A stretch of 64,000 nucleotides of DNA from Burkholderiales bacterium (GTDB taxonomy: Bacteria > Pseudomonadota > Gammaproteobacteria > Burkholderiales > SG8-39): positions 824 to 64,823 of the forward strand of contig JAOAEA010000015.1 in NCBI GenBank assembly GCA_026417035.1, in the 5' to 3' direction. A program made the translations under genes and the position numbers. Positions 13,580 through 26,987 of this stretch are shown piece after piece. How positions within the stretch are numbered: position 1 is the stretch's first letter; the number at the start of each line of letters is the position of its first letter. Below the pieces are notes generated by a model. It was given only the letters and a program-made list of their open reading frames with translations. It searched no databases and had not been told where the DNA came from.

Positions 13580-13678
13580 CTAGGCTCCGAGCAGGGCGCG
13601 CACGACGAACCAGAGCACCGCCGTCAGCACGAGGCCGACGACGACCGTGTTCCAGAGCGAGTCGAGAGGGCTCTTCAT
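13580..13678 (-). CDS. candidate 32-aa single-TM peptide
   Basis: MKSPLDSLWNTVVVGLVLTAVLWFVVRALLGA. Its stop lies 2 nt before the GTG of the downstream membrane protein. There is no homology support. Confidence 0.3.
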   Translation of the reverse strand: MKSPLDSLWNTVVVGLVLTAVLWFVVRALLGA

Positions 13679-13734
13679 CGCGCCCTGCCGTGGGCGGCGG
13701 CGCGCCGCCTGCACGCGCACCGCGCGCCCCGGCC

Positions 13735-14319
13735 TCAGGCGAAGTTCTTCGCGGCGAAGTCCCAGTTCGCGAGGTGGTTCAGGAACGCGCCGACGAAGTC
13801 CGGCCGGCGGTTGCGGTAGTCGATGTAGTAGGCGTGCTCCCAGACGTCGACGGTCAGGAGCGGCTTGTCCGCGCCGGTGAGCGGCGTGCCCGCGTTCGAG
13901 GTGTTCGCGATGTCGACCGAGCCGTCGGGCTTCTTCACGAGCCAGGTCCAGCCCGAGCCGAAGTTGCCCACCGCGCTCTTGCCGAAGGCTTCCTTGAACG
14001 CCTCGAACGAGCCCCATTTGCGGTTGATCGCATCGGCGAGCGCGCCCGCGGGCTGCCCGCCGCCGCCCGGCTTCATGCTGTGCCAGAAGAAGGTGTGGTT
14101 CCAGACCTGCGCGGCGTTGTTGAAGATGCCGCCCGGGGGCGCCTTCTTCACGATCTCCTCGAGCGCGGCGTTCTCGAACTCCGTGCCCTTGACGAGGTTG
14201 TTCAGGTTGGTGACGTAGGCCTGGTGGTGCTTGCCGTAGTGGAACTCGAGCGTTTCCCTGGAGACGTGCGGCTGCAGGGCGTCCATCGGGTAGGGCAGGT
14301 CGGGCAGCTTGTGCTCCAT
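13735..14319 (-). CDS. sodB: Fe/Mn superoxide dismutase (Fe-type)
   Basis: Internal Met of ORF 13735..14586: [36 protein letters not shown]...[18 protein letters not shown]. Confidence 0.95.
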   Translation of the reverse strand: MEHKLPDLPYPMDALQPHVSRETLEFHYGKHHQAYVTNLNNLVKGTEFENAALEEIVKKAPPGGIFNNAAQVWNHTFFWHSMKPGGGGQPAGALADAINRKWGSFEAFKEAFGKSAVGNFGSGWTWLVKKPDGSVDIANTSNAGTPLTGADKPLLTVDVWEHAYYIDYRNRRPDFVGAFLNHLANWDFAAKNFA

Positions 14320-14353
14320 TCTGTTTCGCTCCGGGGGTGAGAAGAGAACGCGG

Positions 14354-14359
14354 ATTCTA
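14354..14359 (-). promoter_or_regulatory. candidate -10 (TAGAAT) for sodB
   Basis: attcta on the + strand is TAGAAT on the - strand, about 35 nt upstream of the sodB ATG. Confidence 0.3.
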
Positions 14360-14419
14360 GGAGCGCGCCCGGGCGAGCGCAACCGCGCAGGGGGCAGGGT
14401 CTTCGCGCCGCCCGCGCGC

Positions 14420-15778
14420 CTACTCGCGCGTCGCGACGACGGTGGCCTCCGCGGTTCCGCGAGCGAACGCGATCTCGAGCGCGTCCCCGGGCGCGAGCGG
14501 CGCGGCGTCGCGCACGATGCGGCCCGCCGCGTCGCGCACGATCGCGTAGCCGCGCTCGAGCACCGCTTCCGGACCGAGATGGGCAAGCGCCCGGGCGGCC
14601 GCGTCCACGCGGGCTGCGCGCGCGCGGCCGAACGCCTCCCACGCGCGCGCCGCGCGCGCGGCGAGGTCGGCGGAGCGCGCCGCGAGCGCGTCGACGTGCG
14701 GCAGCCGCCCGCGGCTGCGCTCGACGAGGTGCGCGAGCCGCCAGCGCTGGCGCTCGACGAGGCCGGCGGTCGCGTGCGCGAGCCGGCGCTCGAGGCTCGC
14801 GACCAGGCGGCGCTGCGCCTCGAGCCGCCGGCCCGGGTGCACCAGCCGCCGCGAGAGGTGGTCGAGGAGCTGCATGCGCGTCTCGAGGTCGCGGGCGGTG
14901 CGACGCGCGAGCCGCGCGGCGAGCGATGCGACGCGCGCGGCGAGCTCGTCGCGCGACGGGCTCGCGAGCTCCGCGGCCGCAGTCGGCGTCGGCGCGCGCC
15001 GGTCCGCGGCGAAGTCCGCGATGGTGAAGTCGGTCTCGTGCCCGACGCCGACGACCACCGGGATCGGCGACGCGCGGATGGCGCGCGCGACGCGCTCGTC
15101 GTTGAAGGCCCAGAGGTCCTCGATGCTGCCGCCGCCGCGCACGAGGAGGATCACGTCGACCTCGCGTCGCGTGGCCGCGGCTTCCAGGGCGGCGACGAGC
15201 TCCGGCGGCGCGAGCGGCCCCTGCACCTGGGCCGGGTAGATCACGACGGGGATCGCCGGATTGCGGCGCGCCAGCGTCGTCAGGACGTCGCGCAGCGCCG
15301 CGGCCTGCGGCGAGGTGACCACGCCGATCGCCTTCGGGAAGGCCGGCGGCGGGCGCTTCGCGCGCTCGTCGAAGAGGCCCTCGCGCGCGAGCCTCTCCTT
15401 CAGGCGGAGGAACGCCTCGTAGAGCGCGCCGAGGCCGCCCGGCCGCATGAACTCGACGTTCAACTGGAAGTCGCCGCGCGGCTCGTAGAGTGTGACGGTG
15501 GCGCGGACCTCGACCTGGAGGCCCTCGCGGGGAGCGAAGTCGAGATGCTGCGCGCGGTGACGGAACATCACGCAGCGCACCTGCGCCGCGTCGTCCTTGA
15601 GGGAGAAATAGAGGTGCCCGGACCGCGCGAGCGTGAAGTTGGAGATCTCGCCCGCGACCCACGCGAGCGGGAAGCGGTGCTCGAGCAGGTCGCGCACGCT
15701 GCGCGCGAGCGCGGAAACGGACAGCACCGCCGGGCCCCCGTCATCGCGAATCTGCATGAAATCCGGGGGTTCGCGCAT
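14420..15778 (-). CDS. xseA: exodeoxyribonuclease VII large subunit
   Basis: 452 aa: [44 protein letters not shown]...[16 protein letters not shown]...IYPAQVQG. Confidence 0.9.
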   Translation of the reverse strand: MREPPDFMQIRDDGGPAVLSVSALARSVRDLLEHRFPLAWVAGEISNFTLARSGHLYFSLKDDAAQVRCVMFRHRAQHLDFAPREGLQVEVRATVTLYEPRGDFQLNVEFMRPGGLGALYEAFLRLKERLAREGLFDERAKRPPPAFPKAIGVVTSPQAAALRDVLTTLARRNPAIPVVIYPAQVQGPLAPPELVAALEAAATRREVDVILLVRGGGSIEDLWAFNDERVARAIRASPIPVVVGVGHETDFTIADFAADRRAPTPTAAAELASPSRDELAARVASLAARLARRTARDLETRMQLLDHLSRRLVHPGRRLEAQRRLVASLERRLAHATAGLVERQRWRLAHLVERSRGRLPHVDALAARSADLAARAARAWEAFGRARAARVDAAARALAHLGPEAVLERGYAIVRDAAGRIVRDAAPLAPGDALEIAFARGTAEATVVATRE

Positions 15779-15792
15779 GAATCGATTCTAGC

Positions 15793-15801
15793 CTATCCAC
15801 A
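15793..15801 (+). promoter_or_regulatory. DnaA-box-like 9-mer
   Basis: cTATCCACA (8/9 to TTATNCACA), followed by gt and the partial inverted TGTGG. It lies 15 nt upstream of the xseA start on the opposite strand. Confidence 0.45.
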
Positions 15802-15959
15802 GTTGTGGCCCGTTCGCCGACGCTCCGGCGGCGTGCTGCGGCTCGTCTCCGAGGCGATACGGTAACTTCCTGATTCGCCGGCGCTATCCTTGCCGAGCAA
15901 AAAATGGTCACGTGAGGAAAAGCGTTGTGCGCGCGCCACTTAGGGAGGGTGTTTACAGA

Positions 15960-15994
15960 CTATGCACAGCCTTATCCACAATAGCTGTGGATAA
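15960..15994. promoter_or_regulatory. cluster of three DnaA boxes (two direct, one inverted)
   Basis: cTATGCACA (15960-15968), TTATCCACA (15972-15980, perfect), TGTGGATAA (15986-15994, perfect, opposite orientation). The last two form a 23-bp perfect inverted repeat with spacer atagc. Confidence 0.6.
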
Positions 15995-16107
15995 GCGTCG
16001 TGCGCGCGGCGGCCGCGTACGCAGGGCCGCCCCGGTCCCGGTGCCTTCCTTGCCGAAACAGGGTCGGCAGGCTACATTTCAGCGCTTTAATTTGTCCGGA
16101 GAAGGGA

Positions 16108-16728
16108 TTGTTTGAAATCGTCAAAGCGGCCGGCTGGCCGATCTGGCCGCTCATCATCGCGTCCGTCATCGCGGTCGCGCTCATCATCGAGCGGACGATC
16201 GTCCTGCGCCGCGACCGGATCGTCCCCGACGGCCTGCTCGAGAAGGTCGTCGAGGCCTACCAGAAGCAGGGCGTCACGCCGCAGCTCGTCGAGACGCTCG
16301 CCAAGGACTCGCCGCTCGGGCGCGTGCTCGCCGCGGGGCTGCGCAACCACCGTGCGCCGCGGCCGGTCATGAAGGAGGCGATCGAGGACGAAGGCCGCGC
16401 CGTCTCGCACCAGCTCGAGCGCTTCCTCACCACGCTCGGCACCATCGCCTCGATCAGCCCGCTCATGGGGCTCTTCGGCACGGTGGTCGGCATGATCGTG
16501 ATCTTCGGGTCGCAGTCGCCCACCGGCACCAACCCGGCCGAGCTCGCGCACGGCATCTCGATCGCGCTCTACAACACCGGCTTCGGGCTGCTCATCGCGA
16601 TCCCGGCGATGATCTTCTTCCGCCACTTCCGCGGCAAGGTCGAGGGCTTCGTGGTCGACATGGAGGAGCAGGCGGCGAAGCTCGTCGACATCGTGCACGG
16701 CGACCGCGAGCTGCGGCCGAAAGTCTGA
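16108..16728 (+). CDS. exbB: MotA/TolQ/ExbB family proton-channel protein
   Basis: TTG start after ggagaaggga: (M)FEIVKAAGWPIWPLIIASVIAVALIIER...LGTIASISPLMGLFGTVVGMI...AHGISIALYNTGFGLLIAIPAMIFF. Confidence 0.85.
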   Translation: MFEIVKAAGWPIWPLIIASVIAVALIIERTIVLRRDRIVPDGLLEKVVEAYQKQGVTPQLVETLAKDSPLGRVLAAGLRNHRAPRPVMKEAIEDEGRAVSHQLERFLTTLGTIASISPLMGLFGTVVGMIVIFGSQSPTGTNPAELAHGISIALYNTGFGLLIAIPAMIFFRHFRGKVEGFVVDMEEQAAKLVDIVHGDRELRPKV

Positions 16729-16743
16729 CGGGGAAGCGCCGCC

Positions 16744-17160
16744 ATGAACTTCCGCGGCACTTTCAAGGAGGATCCGGAGATCAACCTGATCCCGCTGATC
16801 GACGTCCTCCTGGTGATCCTGATCTTCCTCATGATCACCACCACCTACAGCCGCTACGCCGAGCTGCAGATCACGCTCCCGAGCGCCGACGCCACGAAGG
16901 CGCTCGACCGGCCGAACGAGATCAACGTGGCGGTGACCGCCGCCGGCCAGTACGTGGTCGACAAGCGTCCGGTGGCTTTCCGCGACGTGTCGTCGTTCGC
17001 CGAGGAGCTGAAGCGCGCCGGCGCGGGGCTCAAGGAGCCCACCGTCGTGATCGACGCCGACGCGAACGCCACGCACCAGTCGGTGATCCACGTGATGGAA
17101 GCGGCGCGGCTCGCCGGCTACACGCAGGTCACGTTCACCACGCAGGCGACCCAGAAGTAG
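16744..17160 (+). CDS. exbD: ExbD/TolR family protein
   Basis: 138 aa: EINLIPLIDVLLVILIFLMITTT..., C-terminal periplasmic domain ...VVIDADANATHQSVIHVMEAARLAG. Confidence 0.9.
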   Translation: MNFRGTFKEDPEINLIPLIDVLLVILIFLMITTTYSRYAELQITLPSADATKALDRPNEINVAVTAAGQYVVDKRPVAFRDVSSFAEELKRAGAGLKEPTVVIDADANATHQSVIHVMEAARLAGYTQVTFTTQATQK

Positions 17161-17191
17161 CCCGCGGTCCCGCCATGCCGGAGCGGCGCGC

Positions 17192-18163
17192 GTGGGCCTG
17201 AAGGCGAACTTTCCCGCGAGGCACTGGTACCGCCTCTCGCCGGTGTCGCTGGCGCTCGCGCCCCTCGCGCTCGTCTTCGGCCTCGCGGTGCGGCTGCGCC
17301 GCGGCGCCTTCCGCGCCGGGCTCCTGCGCGCCACGCGGCTCCGTGTCCCGGTCGTCGTCGTCGGCAACCTCACCGTGGGCGGCGCGGGCAAGACGCCGCT
17401 CGTGCTGTGGCTCGAGCGCGAGCTGCGCCGCCGCGGCTTCCGCCCCGGCATCGTCGCGCGCGGCTACGGCGCGGCGGACGCCGGGCCGGCGGCGGTGCCG
17501 AAGGGCGGCGATCCGGCGCGCTACGGCGACGAGCCCGTGCTGCTCGCCGAGCGCGCGGGCGTGCCCGTCTGGATCGGCGCGGATCGCGTCGCCGCGGCGC
17601 GCGCGCTCCTCGCCGCGCATCCGCAGTGCGACGTCCTCATCCTCGACGACGGGCTGCAGCACTACGCGCTCGCGCGCGACGTCGAGATCGCGGTGGAGGA
17701 CGATCGCGGCCATGGCAACGGCCTGCTGCTGCCGGCGGGCCCGCTGCGCGAGCCCGCCTCCCGCCCGGTCGACGCGACGGTCGTGAACGGCGGCCCGGCC
17801 CGGCCCGGAGCTTTCGCGATGCGCCTCGTGCCGGCGGGCCTCTTCGCGATCGGCGAGCCGCGCCGCCCGGCCGATCCCGCCGAGCTCGCCGGCAAGCGCG
17901 TCCATGCGGTTGCGGGCATCGGCAACCCCGGGCGCTTCTTCGCGACGCTCGCCGGGCTGGGCATCGCCGCCGAGCCGCACGCCTTCCCGGATCATCACCC
18001 GTTCACCGCCGCGGACCTCGCGTTCCCCGGCGCCGAGGCCGTCGTGATGACGGAGAAGGATGCAGTAAAATGCGCGCGGCTCGGCGTCGCGGGGCTGTAC
18101 GCGCTGCGCGTCGAGGCCGAAGTGGACCCGCGGCTCGCCGAGCTGGTCGCGAAGCGGCTCTGA
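17192..18163 (+). CDS. lpxK: tetraacyldisaccharide 4'-kinase
   Basis: 323 aa, GTG start: ...[23 protein letters not shown] (P-loop) ...ILDDGLQH... Confidence 0.9.
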   Translation: MGLKANFPARHWYRLSPVSLALAPLALVFGLAVRLRRGAFRAGLLRATRLRVPVVVVGNLTVGGAGKTPLVLWLERELRRRGFRPGIVARGYGAADAGPAAVPKGGDPARYGDEPVLLAERAGVPVWIGADRVAAARALLAAHPQCDVLILDDGLQHYALARDVEIAVEDDRGHGNGLLLPAGPLREPASRPVDATVVNGGPARPGAFAMRLVPAGLFAIGEPRRPADPAELAGKRVHAVAGIGNPGRFFATLAGLGIAAEPHAFPDHHPFTAADLAFPGAEAVVMTEKDAVKCARLGVAGLYALRVEAEVDPRLAELVAKRL

Positions 18164-18207
18164 GGCGCGCCCAGCGGGCCCTCCCGCACACGCTCCGGGG
18201 AAACGGC

Positions 18208-18390
18208 ATGGACGCGAAGCTCCTCGACATCCTCGTCTGCCCGATCTGCAAGGGGCCGCTCGTCTACCGGCGCGCGGAGAAGGAGCTCGTCTGCAAGGCC
18301 GACCGCCTGGCGTTCCCGATCCGGGACGACATCCCGGTGATGCTCGAGGACGAGGCGCGCAAGCTCGATCCGCTCGAGGAGATCGGGTAG
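18208..18390 (+). CDS. ycaR: Trm112/YcaR (UPF0434) small zinc-ribbon-like protein
   Basis: 60 aa: [53 protein letters not shown]. Sits between lpxK and kdsB as in E. coli. Confidence 0.85.
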   Translation: MDAKLLDILVCPICKGPLVYRRAEKELVCKADRLAFPIRDDIPVMLEDEARKLDPLEEIG

Positions 18391-18414
18391 CGGCACGCCC
18401 GCGCGGGGCGCACG

Positions 18415-19191
18415 ATGTCCGGCCTGCTGCGCTTCACGGTCGTCATCCCGGCGCGCCACGCATCGACGCGGCTGCCGGCGAAGCCCCTCGCCGACATCGC
18501 CGGTCGGCCGATGGTGGTGCGCGTCGCGGAGCGCGCGCGCGCGAGCGGCGCGGCGGCGGTGGTCGTCGCGACCGACCACGAGGCGATCGCCGCGGCCGTG
18601 CGCCGCCACGGCTTCGACGCGCTGATGACGCGCCCCGACCACGCCTCCGGCACCGACCGCATCGCGGAGGCGGCCGCCGCGCTCGGCCTCGCCGCCGACG
18701 AGATCGTGGTGAACCTCCAGGGCGACGAGCCGCTCATGCCCCCGGCGCTGGTCACCTCCGTCGTCCACGCGCTCGCGCAGCGCACGCCGGCCGCGATCGC
18801 GACGGCCGCGCATCCGGTGCGCGACGCCGCGGAGTTCTTCAACCCCAACGTGGTCAAGGTGGTCTGCGACCACCACGGCTACGCGCTCTACTTCAGCCGC
18901 GCGCCCATTCCCTTCGCCCGCGATGCCTTCGCCGCGTCGCGGGCTTCGCTCCCGGGCGGGCTGCCGGCGCTGCGCCACATCGGGATCTACGCGTACCGCG
19001 TCGGATTCCTGGCGACCTACGCGAAGCTCGCGCCGGCGCCGGTCGAGGGGTTCGAGGCCCTCGAGCAGCTGCGCGCGCTCTGGCACGGCCACCGGATCGC
19101 GGTCACCGTCGCCGAGGAAGCGCCGCCCGCCGGCGTGGATACGCCCGAGGACCTCGAGCGCGTGCGGCTCGCTTTCGCGCAGGCGCGGTGA
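18415..19191 (+). CDS. kdsB: 3-deoxy-manno-octulosonate cytidylyltransferase
   Basis: 258 aa: [26 protein letters not shown]...[10 protein letters not shown]...[10 protein letters not shown]... Confidence 0.9.
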   Translation: MSGLLRFTVVIPARHASTRLPAKPLADIAGRPMVVRVAERARASGAAAVVVATDHEAIAAAVRRHGFDALMTRPDHASGTDRIAEAAAALGLAADEIVVNLQGDEPLMPPALVTSVVHALAQRTPAAIATAAHPVRDAAEFFNPNVVKVVCDHHGYALYFSRAPIPFARDAFAASRASLPGGLPALRHIGIYAYRVGFLATYAKLAPAPVEGFEALEQLRALWHGHRIAVTVAEEAPPAGVDTPEDLERVRLAFAQAR

Positions 19192-19241
19192 CCTCCGGCG
19201 TGCGCAGGCCGCGGTTTGACCCGCCCTTTCAAAGCCGGTAA

Positions 19242-19967
<726 letters not shown>

Positions 19968-20062
19968 CGCGCGGCGGGCCATGCGCCGCAGTGGCGCGCG
20001 CCCGCGCCCGAAGCTAGGCTAGCGGCAGCGATTCAGTCATCCACGTCCCCGGGAGCCCGACC

Positions 20063-21327
20063 ATGGCCGCGAAACCGCGCAACCTCCTCTATGCCCAGTC
20101 CGGCGGCGTGACCGCCGTCGTGAACGCCTCCGCCGCGGGTGTCATCGAGACGGCGCGCAAGCACCGCAGCCGGATCGGCAAGGTGTACGCGGGCCGCGAC
20201 GGCATCGTCGGCATCCTGGGCGAGGATCTGATCGACACGTCGCGGGAGCCGGCCCGCGCGATCTGGCCGCCCTCGCCCACCCGCCCGGCGGCGCCTTCGG
20301 CTCCTGCCGCTACAAACTGGGCGAACCCGGCAGCGACCCCCGCTACCAGCGGCTGCTGGAGGTGTTTCGCGCCCACGACATCGGCTACTTCCTCTACAAC
20401 GGCGGCAACGACTCCGCCGACACCTGCCTGAAGGTCTCGCAGATCTCCGAGCGGCTCGGGTATCCGCTGGTCGCGATCGGCGTGCCGAAGACGATCGACA
20501 ACGACCTCGCGGTCACGGACGCGAGCCCGGGCTTCGGCTCGGCCGCGAAGTACGTCGCGACGTCGATGCGCGAGGCGATCTACGACGTGCGCTCGATGTG
20601 GCGCACCTCCACGCGCGTGTTCGTGCTCGAGGTGATGGGCCGCCACGCGGGCTGGCTCACCGCCGCCTGCGGGCTCGCGGCGGAGAAGCCGGGCGACGCG
20701 CCGCAAGTGCTGCTCTTCCCGGAGATCCCGCTCGACGAGACGGCGTTCCTCGCGCGGGTGAAGGCGGCGGTCGAGCGCGACGGCTTCTGCGCCATCGGCG
20801 TCTCCGAGGGCGTGCGGCGCGCCGACGGCAAGTTCCTGTCCGAGAGCGGGCTCACCGACGCCTTCGGCCACGCGCAGCTCGGCGGCGCCGGCCCGCTGAT
20901 CGCGCAGCTCGCCAAGGAGAAGCTCGGCTACAAGTACCACTGGGCGGTGGCCGATTACCTGCAGCGCTCGGCGCGGCACATCGCGTCGAAGACCGACGTC
21001 GAGCAGGCCTACCGGCTCGGCGAGGCCGCCGTGAAGCTCGCGCTCGCGGGCCGCAACGCGACGATGCCGGTGATCGAGCGCGTCTCCGACCGCCCCTACC
21101 GCTGGCGGATCGGCGTGGCGAGCCTCGCGGACGCCGCCAACCGCGAGAAGAAGCTGCCGCGCGACTTCATCACCGCGGACGGCTACGGCATCACCGCGAA
21201 GTGCCGCGCCTACCTCGAGCCGCTCGTGCGCGGCGAAGCGCCACCGCCCTTCCGTGACGGCCTGCCCGCGTACGTGACGCTGCGCAACGCCGCGGTGGCG
21301 AAGAAGCTGCCTCCCTTCAAGGTCTAG
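20063..21327 (+). pseudogene. pfp: PPi-type 6-phosphofructokinase (Pfp/PfkA group III), interrupted by a frameshift near 20264
   Basis: ORF 20063..20431 gives MAAKPRNLLYAQSGGVTAVVNASAAGVIETARKHRSRIGKVYAGRDGIVGILGEDLIDTSREPARAI, then nonsense. The neighbouring frame reads ...DLAALAHPPGGAFGSCRYKLGEPGSDPRYQRLLEVFRAHDIGYFLYNGGNDSADT..., which continues into ORF 20362..21327 (PKTIDNDL, MGRHAGWL). The two halves join if TG at 20264-20265 is removed. Confidence 0.8.
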
Positions 21328-21420
21328 GGCAGCGTTCCCGGCGCGCGTCGGCGGCGGTTGACGCCGCGCACTGTCGCTCGCTCCTTTCGCCGCGCGCGCG
21401 GGCTGCGGGCTCGGGCCTCT

Positions 21421-21429
21421 TGCTATAAT
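21421..21429 (+). promoter_or_regulatory. candidate extended -10 promoter (TGcTATAAT) for hppA
   Basis: tgctataat lies 56 nt upstream of the hppA ATG, which has the SD gggagga at 21474-21480. Confidence 0.5.
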
Positions 21430-21484
21430 CGCGCCTCTTTTTTCGACCCCCACCTAGAAGACACAACGCAGAAGGGAGGACAAG

Positions 21485-23976
<2,492 letters not shown>

Positions 23977-23980
<4 letters not shown>

Positions 23981-25755
23981 GCCGGGGCGTGAGCGCGAAG
24001 AGGGCGGGTCGGCGACCCGCCCTTTTCGTTTGCGGCGCCGCGGTCAGTCTCGCCGGGGCGCTCGCCGCCGGCATCGCGGCTGCCCAACCGGCCCCGGAAG
24101 GCGCGACCGGTTACGCGCCGAAGCCCGCGCTCGTCGCGAAGCGCTTCGCGATCGTCGCGGCCAATCCCCTCGCCGCCGACGCCGGCTACGCGATGCTCGA
24201 GCGTGGCGGCAGCGCCGTCGATGCGGCGATCGCGGCGCAGCTCGTGCTGAACGTCGTCGAGCCGCAGTCCTCGGGCATCGGCGGCGGCGGTTTCCTCCTG
24301 CACTACGACGCGCGCGCGCGGCGCCTCGCGGCCTACGATGGGCGCGAGACTGCGCCGGCCGCGGCCACGCCGCGGCTCTTCCTCGACGCCGGCGGGACGC
24401 CGATGCCCTTCGGCGCTGCGGTCGGGAGCGGGCGTTCGGTCGGCGTGCCGGGCCTCGTCGCGATGCTCGAGCTCGCGCACCGGCGCCACGGCGTCCTCCC
24501 GTGGCACGAGCTCTTCGCTCCGGCGATCCGCCTCGCCGAAGCGGGATTCGCGATCTCGCCGCGGCTCGCGGCGCTCGCCGCGCGCGACCCGCTGCTCCGC
24601 GCGAGCCCGACGGCCTCGGCGTTCTTCCACGCAGCCGACGGCACGCCGAAGCCCGCCGGCACGTGGCTGGCCAACCCGGAGCTCGCGGCGACGCTGCGCG
24701 CGATCGCGCAAGGCGGTGCGCGGGCGTTCTACGCCGGGCCGATCGCGGCGGACATCGCACGCGCGGTGCAGACCGATCCTCGCGGTCCCGGGACGCTCAC
24801 GGAAGCCGATCTCGCGGCCTACCGTCCGGTGGTGCGCGAGGCACTCTGCCGCGACGTCCGCGCCTGGCGCGTCTGCGGGATGCCGCCGCCGAGCGCGGGC
24901 GGGATCGCGACCATCCAGATCCTCGCACTGCTCGGCCACACCGGGGCCGCGGCGCTGCCAGCCGACTCGCCGCTCGCGGTGCATCTCTTCGCGCAGGCCG
25001 CGCGGCTCGCGTTCGCCGATCGCGACCGCTGGGTGGCGGATCCGGCGTTCGCCGAGGTCCCCGTCCGCGGCCTCACCGACGCGCGCTATCTCGAGCGCCG
25101 TGCGCAGCTCATCCGGCCGGCGCGTCCGGTGATCCCGGCCCCGGCGGGCGAGCCTCCCGGCGCGCCGCGCGACGCTCGTGCGGCCGGCGACGCACAGGAA
25201 GCGCCGGCGACCACGCACGTCTCCGTGATCGACGCGCGGGGCGACGCCGTGGCGCTCACCACCTCGATCGAGAGCGCGTTCGGCAACCGCGCGATGGTGC
25301 GCGGCTTCTTCCTCAACAACCAGCTCACGGACTTCTCGTTCGCGCCCGAGGTCGACGGCGTGCCGGTCGCCAACCGCGTCGCGCCGGGCAAGCGGCCGCG
25401 CAGCGCCATGTCGCCGACGATCGTCTTCGACCGCGCCGGGCGCGTCGCGCTCGTGGTCGGCTCACCGGGCGGGCCGTGGATCATCAACTACGTCGCGCGC
25501 ACGCTCGTGGCGACGCTCGACCGCGGCCAGAGCGTGCAGGCGGCGATCGACGCGCCCAATTACGGCAGCCGCAACGGCCCCCTCGAGCTCGAGGCCGGGA
25601 CGGCCGTGGCCGATCTCGCGCCGTCGCTCGAGCGGCTCGGGGACACGGTGCGCGTGATCGCGATGCCGAGCGGGCTCGCCGGCATCCAGCGCGTCCCGGG
25701 CGGATGGCTCGCCGCCGCGGACCCGCGGCGCGAGGGCGCCGCCCGCGGCGAGTGA
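23977..25755 (+). CDS. ggt: gamma-glutamyltransferase
   Basis: The GTG at 23977 overlaps the hppA TGA (GTGA); an alternative GTG is at 23989. Signal peptide ...[27 protein letters not shown]; GGT motifs ...[13 protein letters not shown]..., catalytic ...[22 protein letters not shown]..., ...[14 protein letters not shown]... Confidence 0.85.
24002..24031 (+). terminator. intrinsic-terminator-like hairpin plus T tract located inside the ggt signal-peptide codons
   Basis: gggcgggtcg-g-cgacccgccc (10 complementary nt per arm), followed by ttttcgttt. It lies 22 nt after the hppA stop. Confidence 0.5.
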
Positions 25756-25758
25756 AGC

Positions 25759-26697
25759 TCAGGCGTCGAGGCGCGGCGCGAGCGCCGCGAGCACCTTCGC
25801 CGCGAGGTCGGGGTCGAAGCAATCGAACCGGGTCGCGCCCGGCCACGACCGCAGCCAGGTGAGCTGGCGCTTGGCGAGCTGCCGCGTCGCGAACACGCCG
25901 CGGCTTCGCAGCTCGTCGCGGCCGTACTCGCCGGCGAGGTGCTCCCACGCCTGCCGGTAGCCGACTGCGCGCATCGCAGGCAGCCCGGCGTGCAGCGTGA
26001 AGCGCTCGCGCAGGGCGGCGAGTTCTTCGACGAGCCCGGCGGCCAGCATCGCATCGAAGCGCTCGCCGATGCGCCGGTGCAGCGCGGCGCGGTCGCCGGG
26101 CAGGAGCGCGATCTGCACGGGCGTGAACGGCAGCGCGGCCTCGCGCGCGGCCGCGAGCAGGCGCGACATCGGCTCGCCGGTGAGGCGATGCACTTCGAGG
26201 GCGCGCTGGATGCGCTGCGCGTCGTTCGGCTCGAGCCGTGCGGCGGTCTGCGGATCGACGCGCGCGAGCGCGGCGTGCAGCGCCGGCCAGCCGCGGCGCG
26301 CCGCCTCGGCATCGAGCTCGGCGCGCACCGCCGCGTCGGCCGCGGGGAGGTCGGCGAGCCCCCGGGCGAGCGCGCGGAAGTAGAGCATCGTGCCGCCGGC
26401 GAAGAGCGGGATGCGCCCGCGGGCCGTGATCGCGCCGGCGGCGGCGAGCGCATCGGCGCGAAAGCGCGCCGCGGAGTAGGCCTCGGTCGGGTCGATGATG
26501 TCGATGAGGTGGTGTGGCACGGCCGCGCGGTCGGCCGCCGGCGGCTTCGCGGTGCCCACGTCCATGCCGCGATAGACCTGCGCCGAATCCACCGAGACGA
26601 TCTCGACGGGCAGGCGCGCGGCGATCGCCATCGCGAGCGCCGACTTGCCGCTCGCGGTGGGTCCCATCAGCAGGATCGCGGGCGGGCGGGGGCTCAT
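25759..26697 (-). CDS. miaA: tRNA dimethylallyltransferase
   Basis: 312 aa: [19 protein letters not shown]...[19 protein letters not shown]...HHLIDI... Confidence 0.95.
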   Translation of the reverse strand: MSPRPPAILLMGPTASGKSALAMAIAARLPVEIVSVDSAQVYRGMDVGTAKPPAADRAAVPHHLIDIIDPTEAYSAARFRADALAAAGAITARGRIPLFAGGTMLYFRALARGLADLPAADAAVRAELDAEAARRGWPALHAALARVDPQTAARLEPNDAQRIQRALEVHRLTGEPMSRLLAAAREAALPFTPVQIALLPGDRAALHRRIGERFDAMLAAGLVEELAALRERFTLHAGLPAMRAVGYRQAWEHLAGEYGRDELRSRGVFATRQLAKRQLTWLRSWPGATRFDCFDPDLAAKVLAALAPRLDA

Positions 26698-26987
26698 GCG
26701 AGGGGCTTCAGCGCAGGGGACGCGGAGGACGCAGAGCGAACCCGCGCGGACATCTCATCCGGGCGAAGTGCCGGCGTCTCGCGCGCCCCGCCCGGCGGGC
26801 GCCGGACCGGTTGGGCGACGAGCGACATCCTCGAGCGGCCCCCGAGGCCTTCCGCGACCTCCCGCGGTGATGACGGTGGGCCCGCGGCCCGCGCATGGGC
26901 CCGCTGCGAACGCGAACGGCACCCGCCGGCGGACATTCGCCCGCTGCGGCCGTCTGCGCGCTGCGCGGCCTCTGCGTCGATGCGCTG

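Noticed and set aside
15780-16107. Chromosomal replication origin (oriC) at the DnaA-box cluster.
   Set aside because: I saw no AT-rich 13-mer-like unwinding element, only four boxes, and no dnaA, dnaN, gidA or rpmH context. A regulatory, DARS-like or datA-like role is more consistent.
15912-16115. 67-aa ORF covering the DnaA boxes.
   Set aside because: It has no SD, atypical composition and no homology. The region is better explained as regulatory DNA upstream of exbB.
20362-21327. Treating the 321-aa ORF as an independent, N-terminally truncated phosphofructokinase gene.
   Set aside because: Its frame stays open and homologous upstream of the nominal GTG, back to about 20260. There it abuts the N-terminal fragment from 20063. 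It is one gene with a frameshift, not two genes.
25756-26000. hfq or another small gene downstream of miaA, as in enterobacteria.
   Set aside because: The miaA stop (25759) lies 3 nt from the convergent ggt stop (25755), so there is no room for one.
26698-26987. Small ORFs (26694..26936, 26708..26896, 26755..27063) in the mutL-miaA spacer.
   Set aside because: They are overlapping, mutually exclusive Arg/Pro-rich frames with no SD or homology. I treat the region as a 290-bp intergenic spacer, which may contain the miaA promoter.
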